Positions 57,314 to 64,000 of a stretch of DNA of 64,000 bases are shown here, in pieces. Made by a program: the position numbers and the translations under genes. The stretch is taken from NCBI GenBank assembly GCA_000004985.1, contig GG738853.1; one strand, given 5' to 3'. Position 1 is the first letter of the stretch; each line of letters starts with the position of its first letter. The DNA comes from Naegleria gruberi. Its lineage: Eukaryota. Below the pieces are notes generated by a model. The model worked only from the letters and a program-made list of their open reading frames with translations. It ran no database searches and was not told where the DNA came from.

Positions 57314-58501
57314 TTATTGAATTGGAATGTATTCTTCTTCATGTTGTTGAGGTGGATGTTGTAGTGATGGAATAATTAGTGTTGAAATTGACTTGTTATT
57401 TTTATAATAATAAAATTGAATAGCAATAATAAAACTAAATAATAAAGTAAAAATACTTCCTAAAATGTAAGGAAATGTTGAAACTACATCCATTGTATTT
57501 GTAATATAAAATAATATTATACTTATTAAATACAATACTTGTGTTAATGTATCAATAATAAACATTAATAACTATAAATATATTTAATAATTAATCATAA
57601 TTAAATTAATTTTGTTAAAAATAATTAAATAAATAAATTTAAAACAAATTATTTCAAAACTTACAGATAAACCTTCAACACTCTTCTTTTTATAATTTTT
57701 AATAATTTGTGGAATGTATGCAATAATATAACAAGTACATGATATATATGAAATTATAATTCCAATTATATTTGCAATTTCATTATCATTATTAATAATT
57801 GAAGTATTACATAATTTTACAGTACTGCTACCATCACCACTACTACTACTAATAAATATATTAAAAAATAATAATAAAACAAATAAAGAAATAATCCAAT
57901 GTGAATTTAATTGATTATATTTTAATTGATTAAATTTTTTTAAAATAAAATTAAAAAATAAAATAAATAATTTTTCATAATAACAATATTGAGTAATAAT
58001 TAAAATATCCATAAAAACATAATAAATAGCTAAATATAATTGAGTAGGTAATTGATTTGTTAAAATACAACCAATTAAATTAGTAACATCACCAATCATC
58101 CAAATAAGGAATAAATAAATTGATAAACCTTTTGCAGATTTAAATACAAAATTTTTAATAACTTGTGGAAATAAACTAATCATACTTGTTAATATACTTA
58201 ATAATCCTAATATATAACTTGTTATTTCATTTGTTTCATAAAAACATTCTCTAAATATTAATGCAATAAATTCATTATAATGATTATTTCCTTTTTTAGT
58301 AGGTAAACATTGACATAAAAATGATGAAAATAATATTTCTTGATTATTTTCATTATTATTATTTAATAAAAATGTTTCATTATTAAATAATATAGGTAAT
58401 GATGATGATGATGATGAATAAAATGATAAAAATTGTTTACTATTCATTTCAGTGCATTTTTTTAAAAAAATCTTTACAATAAAATTATTTTTTATTATCA
58501 T
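57314..58501 (-). CDS. PQ-loop repeat (7-TM, cystinosin/Ypq-like) membrane protein. Exon 1 is 58501..57665 and exon 2 is 57571..57314.
   Basis: It has two PQ motifs (LFPQVIKNFVFKSAKGLS and YIPQIIKNYKKKSVEGLS). A GTAAGT intron starts at 57664 and the TATAG acceptor ends at 57572, joining ...VEGLS|LLMFIIDTLTQ.... Seven hydrophobic helices can be counted. Confidence 0.55.
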
Positions 58502-59004
58502 AATATTATCATCAATATTATCATTAACATATTATTATTATTAGATATAATATTATTATTATTTTCAATATTAATAGTAAAATCATCATGATAATAAGGA
58601 CCAAATAAATCTCTAAATAAAGCATATGAACATAATTTAGTAGTATAATATGTTTTTAAATAAAAATTAGATAATGGTAATGATATTTGATAAAATAAAA
58701 ATCCAAATGTTAATCCAGTTGATATTTGTGTTAGAGTATTAATATATTTATTAGATATCTTTTTAAATGATTTTTGAAATATAAATAAAGATGAAAATGT
58801 TCCGATTATTGAAAATGGATATTTAATTAATGTTGAATATCCATCTTGTGGTATTTTAATCATTAATGATGTTAAATAGGCTCTTTTTGTATATTTATAT
58901 TTACTATTATTATTATTATTATTATTATTGGATGATGATGATGGTATTGTTGTTGTTATTGATGATGATTTGAGTTGTTGTTGTGTAGTTGAATTATTTT
59001 CCAT
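58498..59004 (-). CDS. Hypothetical small membrane protein of 168 aa. Its TGA stop overlaps the ATG of the PQ-loop ORF (ATGA), so the two may be one gene joined by an unrecognised intron or frameshift.
   Basis: It has an S/N-rich N-terminus and two hydrophobic segments, and sits in a different frame from the downstream ORF. Confidence 0.3.
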   Translation of the reverse strand: MENNSTTQQQLKSSSITTTIPSSSSNNNNNNNNSKYKYTKRAYLTSLMIKIPQDGYSTLIKYPFSIIGTFSSLFIFQKSFKKISNKYINTLTQISTGLTFGFLFYQISLPLSNFYLKTYYTTKLCSYALFRDLFGPYYHDDFTINIENNNNIISNNNNMLMIILMIIL

Positions 59005-59059
59005 TTTTTATTATTGAATTATGAAAAGATAAATTGATTGTGTGTGTTTATTATTTATA

Positions 59060-61939
59060 TTATAAATCTTCTTCTTCAAGAGGATCTGAATGTTTATGTT
59101 CTGTTGTTGTGGTATTGTGATTAGAATGTTCAAGACTTGAATCATTCTTTTCCTCATTATCATTATGAGGTGGTTGTTCAATGGTAATATCTTGATGTTT
59201 TGTATCCTCAGCCTTAACAATGTGATGTTCCTTCTTTGTATCATCAATTTCATGAACATCATTGAGAGGACTATCATCTCTATTAGTTTTAATAATTTTA
59301 TAATTCTCTTCATATTGAATAATATTTAAACCAGTTTGTTGATGAACATGTTCCAACACTAAAGGTAAAGTTAATTGAGTTGATTTTGTTAAATCTTGCA
59401 TTGTTAAATGATTGGATTGAATTTGTTTCTTAATTAATTCAGTTTCTTCAGGTTTAAAATCAAATAATAAATTAAATAGAGGCATTACAATAAATTCAAT
59501 AAAACCAGTTTGACATTTTGGTACATTTTGAGTATTTCTATCCATAAAAGGTGAAATATCAATTTTTAAATTTCTTTCAGTATCACCCTGATTATAAAAT
59601 TCAGTCATTACTCTATTAACCCATTTACCATAAACTTGATATGATTTTGTTGGATTTGAAACATCTGCACATTTAATTATTACTTTTAATAAGGCTAATA
59701 AACATTCCTTTCTTTCAATACTAAACTTTTCCTTATTAAATATATCATTGGATTTAATTTGACCAACAATTAAGAAATGTTGACTTATATCTGTTGCTAA
59801 TATCATTTCAACTATTAATTCTCTTAAATATTCATATTGATTACTTGACATATTTACAAATATATTAAATTCTTCCTTTCCTAGTATTTTAAATAAATTA
59901 TAACAATGAAAATTTTCTAAAATTGAACGATCATTAAACATGATTGCCTTTTCACTTCTTGTTTTCTTTTCAAATAAATTTGTAACTCCTGGATGACAAA
60001 CATCATGAGCTAAACATGCAACAACTAATGCTAATATATCTAATGGTACTAGATTGAAATTTAAATTATTTTCTAATGTAAAATTATTAAATTGAATAGA
60101 TTGAGATGATTGTGACTGTGATTGTGTTGATTGTGATTGAGATTGAGGTGAATGAGGTGAAGATGGACTTGTATGTGAAAAACATTTAACATATAAACTA
60201 ATAGCAGTTTGAACAACATCAGTTGCATGACAATTATTATGATATGGATTATTAAAATAATTAGATTCTACTTGTTTTAAGAATTTCTTCAAAGTACCAA
60301 TTGGTATATTCAATGGTCCAATTAAATCAAATGTTTGAAATATATATAAACATGTATAATATAATGGTTCACCTTCTGCAATCTTATTAAATTCAAATAC
60401 ATCAAATTTAAAATAATCCAATAAATTTTCTTTTAAATATTCCTTAACTTTCAATGGAATATCATCCTTAGGTACAATTGCTAATGAATCTTTGGCACTC
60501 TTTCTACCTATTGAACTCATTTCTTTTAAATAATTTGTAAATACTAATGCTTTAGTATATGCCTTAATACGTTTCTTCCATGATAAATCTGTACTATCTT
60601 CAACAAGTGATCCATGTAATACTTCAGATGATAACCATTTTTGTGTTTCAGAATCATGTTCATCTGATATTAAAATATCTTTAACAGTTGATTTAACTCC
60701 CATATTATGTGATGATGCTTTTGATACTAATAAACTTGCTAATGGTGATTTTGTTGAATTGGTGGCTGTTGGATCTGTTAAAATTAATTCAATTCTTGAA
60801 ACTAATTGTCTCACTTCATCATTTTCATGAGCTTTTAAAGAAGATATCAATTCAGTTAAATTACTACTAGTAGCACCACCTTTAGAATGATGATCATTAG
60901 ATACACTTGCTGTTATTGGTTGTGATGGTGGAGCTAAATCTTCTGGTGTAATTGGAGTATGTGGATCATCTTCAATTTTCTTAATATCATCACCCAGAAA
61001 TCCATCCTCTTCTTCATTAACATCTTGATTTGATGATCTTTGAGAAGATAAATGTAAAACTTCAACAGTTAAATTCTTTTCAGATTCTTGTTTTAATTTT
61101 AATTCCAAACTATGTTGTCTTTCTAAATCATCCTTCTTTTCAGAATCAAATTTTTGTTTCTGCAATTTTGAATATTTTGTAATCATCATAAAAGTATCTC
61201 TAATGTTAATATCAATATTATGTTTTAGAGGATATAAATGTAATGCAATTGTAATAACTTTTCCAACATCATTTTTCAATTTTTGGAAAACTTCAATTGA
61301 TTCATCTGGTTGAGGTTCAATTGTTAATTCTGAATTAAGAACACAATTTTGAACTGATAGAATAAATAAAGATAATTGTTCCTTTTCATTCGATGGACTA
61401 TCTTCAAATACCATAAATTTATCTTGATGAATACTTTCAGCATCTCTAATATGATAATAAAACTTATCTAAACCATCAGATAGAGAATAAATAACAATAT
61501 TCTTATCTACATTTGAAAATACACAAAACATAAAATCACTCTCCATTAATTGATGAGTGTTATAAGCAATTACCTCATCCATTCTATATAATACTCTCAT
61601 TAAATCTGTTTCCTTATCTTGATGTAAATCTTTACATGTTATATATCTTAGTGATTTTCCTTTTGGTATTTCAACTATAACAGAAGATTCAAAGGCTTCA
61701 TTGGATGAAGTGGTATCTTCCTTCTTTTCTTCTGCTTCATCCTTTATATTTGAAATTGGTTGAACAAGTGTAGATTGTGCTTTTTCATCCCTTGTTGATC
61801 GTTCTTGATGTGCTATTGTTGTAGTTGCTGATTTCCCCACATCTTGTGGTACATCATTGTCTTTATAACGATCATGACTATTTTGCTGAGGTTGAACACT
61901 ATTTGTTGTTGCACATCCAGCTGCATTACCCATTTTCAA
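59060..61939 (-). CDS. Class I 3',5'-cyclic nucleotide phosphodiesterase with a long N-terminal regulatory region and a probable N-myristoylation site.
   Basis: YHNNCHATDV, LAHDVCHPGVTN...FNDRSILENFH and ATDISQHF are the HD-domain signatures of PDEase_I. The N-terminus MKMGNAAGC fits MGxxx[SAG] if translation starts at the second Met. Confidence 0.75.
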   Translation of the reverse strand: MKMGNAAGCATTNSVQPQQNSHDRYKDNDVPQDVGKSATTTIAHQERSTRDEKAQSTLVQPISNIKDEAEEKKEDTTSSNEAFESSVIVEIPKGKSLRYITCKDLHQDKETDLMRVLYRMDEVIAYNTHQLMESDFMFCVFSNVDKNIVIYSLSDGLDKFYYHIRDAESIHQDKFMVFEDSPSNEKEQLSLFILSVQNCVLNSELTIEPQPDESIEVFQKLKNDVGKVITIALHLYPLKHNIDINIRDTFMMITKYSKLQKQKFDSEKKDDLERQHSLELKLKQESEKNLTVEVLHLSSQRSSNQDVNEEEDGFLGDDIKKIEDDPHTPITPEDLAPPSQPITASVSNDHHSKGGATSSNLTELISSLKAHENDEVRQLVSRIELILTDPTATNSTKSPLASLLVSKASSHNMGVKSTVKDILISDEHDSETQKWLSSEVLHGSLVEDSTDLSWKKRIKAYTKALVFTNYLKEMSSIGRKSAKDSLAIVPKDDIPLKVKEYLKENLLDYFKFDVFEFNKIAEGEPLYYTCLYIFQTFDLIGPLNIPIGTLKKFLKQVESNYFNNPYHNNCHATDVVQTAISLYVKCFSHTSPSSPHSPQSQSQSTQSQSQSSQSIQFNNFTLENNLNFNLVPLDILALVVACLAHDVCHPGVTNLFEKKTRSEKAIMFNDRSILENFHCYNLFKILGKEEFNIFVNMSSNQYEYLRELIVEMILATDISQHFLIVGQIKSNDIFNKEKFSIERKECLLALLKVIIKCADVSNPTKSYQVYGKWVNRVMTEFYNQGDTERNLKIDISPFMDRNTQNVPKCQTGFIEFIVMPLFNLLFDFKPEETELIKKQIQSNHLTMQDLTKSTQLTLPLVLEHVHQQTGLNIIQYEENYKIIKTNRDDSPLNDVHEIDDTKKEHHIVKAEDTKHQDITIEQPPHNDNEEKNDSSLEHSNHNTTTTEHKHSDPLEEEDL

Positions 61940-62635
61940 ACTATTAAAACCTAGAGTGAGTTAGAAGTTATATATTATTTTGATGATAATAATGTTGATA
62001 ATATACAGTGGTTGCAATACGTTTGAATCCACTGAAAGAAGAGACTCTGCAAAGCCTTTAAACTTGTTTTTTTAATCTCTACATATTTGTAACGATTTGT
62101 AGTTTGTGGGCGGGAAAAAATACTTTACTGTTTTGGATTGTCCACCTTGTACGTATTGGTCATTGAGAATCTATAAGGTACAACAATGTTTGAAATAGTC
62201 ATGGATTGGTTTGTCTCTCTAATCACATCTAGTTGTCACATCGATGAAGATCACTTGAACTTGCAACATTTAAAGAATGAAATCTCTCTATGGTTTTGGA
62301 TATTTAGCTAATTGATATAAACTCTCCAATTAATAACAACTGTTTAATAAATATCTGATGATGAGGTGGTACGTGGTTAATACTTGTTGATCTCAAAATT
62401 AAGAAAGGAGAGAGAAAATTATCAAATAATAAGTAGTGTTAAAGTTGTAAATGACCGTTTATATATTACACGAGTAATACCCATACCTAATTTGAAATTA
62501 TGAAAATATGATTAATAAGGTAATTTCTTAATAAATCAATATATAAAAAAATTAAAGAATTTTTAAGGTTCTTCCCCTCACTGATTATTTTCCATAATAT
62601 ATTCATCTATCATCATCATCACACTTAATAATTAA

Positions 62636-63919
62636 ATGATCAAAATATTAAATCCTCTATTACTATGCCTATTAATATTATTATTTCTAATTAATAATAT
62701 TAAATGTGCATCATTTACAACAAGTTATTCAATGAAAACATGTTCATTATCAAATTCATTATTATCCAATTCTAATAGTGATATATTTACATCTACATCT
62801 ACTACATCATCTGGATGTTCCTCATCATCAACATTTCAAATTGCCATTAAATTTGGAGATGAAGGAGTTCCACGTGATTTAAAACTCTCACTCTCAAAAG
62901 ATGATAAAATTCAAAATAGTTTAGATTCAACTGATTTTTATTCATTATCTAATGATATTATTATTAAAATAGAAAGAACTGATTTAAAAGTATCATATCC
63001 ATTAACTTTTATTAAAACATTAAAAAATTCATATGAAACTATTGAAACAAGTGTTAAAGATTGTAATAATTTAAATAATAATAATATGGATGAATATTCT
63101 AAATGTTGTGGACCCTATTATTATAATGATAATTCAAATTCAAATTTAAATTCAAATAAATATTATAATATTAGAAAATTAAATTATAATACTACCAATT
63201 ATAATCAATATGAAATTGGAAAATCACAATTACAATATTATATTCAATTTACAATACAACAATTAGATTTAAAATATAGTTTAATGTTATCAAATAATCA
63301 AAAATCATTAATTTTTAAAGGAATTAAAATTTCAATTGAAAATGATTTTTTAAAATTAACAAATTTAGATTTTTATTATTTAACACATTATTATATTATA
63401 CCTGAAAATCAATTAGATGGTTTTGTAATTCCTAAAAATTTAATTAATAAAGATATAAATAAAATTGGAATTACTAAAGAAATTTATAAAAATAATATTA
63501 ATTGTAATGATGAATTAGGTGATATAGTTACCATATTAGGAAATAATAATATATATGATCAATTTTATAGTTTTAGATCTAAATTTTTATTAAATTTAAT
63601 TGATGATTGTTATTTTAAAGATAAAAATCAAAATTTAATTAATTTTAATTGTGTAAAAACTATTAAAAATACAATTTTAATTAATTTACCATTTGGAGAT
63701 TCAAATTCATTTTCATTATTAAAATTAAAATCAAATCCAAATATAGTATCAAAAGGTTCTTTTAAAATTGATAATTATTTAATTTCTATTTATTTAGATA
63801 TTTTTAATAATATTGAATCTGATGGTTTAGTTGAAATTACTTTAATTGATTGTTGTATTTTACAAAATAATAATTTTATTTGTAATGTATGTTTTTTTAT
63901 TAATATATTTTTAATTTAA
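62636..63919 (+). CDS. Secreted or type I hypothetical protein with a signal peptide (MIKILNPLLLCLLILLFLINNIKCA). It is N/I/K-rich with no recognisable domain.
   Basis: It is a 427-aa ORF whose hydrophobic N-terminus is followed by a polar, Cys-containing sequence. Confidence 0.35.
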   Translation: MIKILNPLLLCLLILLFLINNIKCASFTTSYSMKTCSLSNSLLSNSNSDIFTSTSTTSSGCSSSSTFQIAIKFGDEGVPRDLKLSLSKDDKIQNSLDSTDFYSLSNDIIIKIERTDLKVSYPLTFIKTLKNSYETIETSVKDCNNLNNNNMDEYSKCCGPYYYNDNSNSNLNSNKYYNIRKLNYNTTNYNQYEIGKSQLQYYIQFTIQQLDLKYSLMLSNNQKSLIFKGIKISIENDFLKLTNLDFYYLTHYYIIPENQLDGFVIPKNLINKDINKIGITKEIYKNNINCNDELGDIVTILGNNNIYDQFYSFRSKFLLNLIDDCYFKDKNQNLINFNCVKTIKNTILINLPFGDSNSFSLLKLKSNPNIVSKGSFKIDNYLISIYLDIFNNIESDGLVEITLIDCCILQNNNFICNVCFFINIFLI

Positions 63920-64000
63920 TTATTTTTATATTTTATTTAATATTTTTATTTAATTATTAAATATAGAAAACATCAAGTCAATTTACTCAAAAAAGAATAT

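Noticed and set aside
1-64000. A prokaryotic-style novel system (operon, defence island or CRISPR).
   Set aside because: The sequence is clearly eukaryotic. It has GT..AG introns, eukaryote-only genes (CCT, TRAPPC11, LIN9, Taspase-1) and Pol III tRNA genes, with no operon structure, no CRISPR repeats and no RBS-spaced gene arrays.

Overview
This window is an AT-rich, intron-containing eukaryotic genomic segment, and its gene content and structure look like a dictyostelid social amoeba (Dictyostelium-like). Introns are short (about 40-290 bp) and AT-rich, and coding regions are about 25-35% GC. The ORF track splits many genes. After reconstructing splice junctions by hand I call about 38 protein genes and 6 tRNA loci. 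The recognisable genes are:
- two CCT chaperonin subunits (delta/CCT4 and eta/CCT7);
- phosphomannomutase;
- an ALG11-type mannosyltransferase;
- TRAPPC11, a LIN9/DIRP protein, an AAGAB (p34) homolog and Taspase-1, the last interrupted by a 50-N scaffold gap;
- a PPi-type phosphofructokinase;
- succinyl-CoA:3-ketoacid CoA-transferase;
- a PKA-catalytic-like AGC kinase, a stand-alone RIIa-domain mini-protein and a class I cyclic-nucleotide phosphodiesterase;
- a BTB/KCTD protein, a Kelch protein and two F-box proteins (one LRR, one with a P-loop GTPase-like domain);
- a PQ-loop transporter, a DUF4116 repeat protein and an IF1-like mitochondrial ATPase inhibitor.
All tRNA anticodons were read by eye; intact copies encode Pro(UGG), two Gly(UCC) and Glu(UUC).

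The points most worth a second look are:
- a secreted, extremely lysine/cysteine-rich polycationic protein with high-expression codon bias (30251-31222);
- a large type I membrane protein with a bacterial-type right-handed beta-helix module whose reading frame is broken twice (31838-35336);
- a tRNA cluster with two 66-nt degenerate tRNA copies and a 45-bp 5' flank shared between tRNA-Glu copies 17.5 kb apart;
- a convergent inverted tRNA-Gly pair carried on inverted-repeat arms of about 120 bp;
- a compositionally anomalous, stop-riddled E/K/R-rich segment between two F-box genes;
- a clustering of cAMP-pathway genes.

No prokaryote-style system (operon, CRISPR, defence island) is present. 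Everything was done by eye, so exact splice coordinates and family assignments need alignment-based confirmation.
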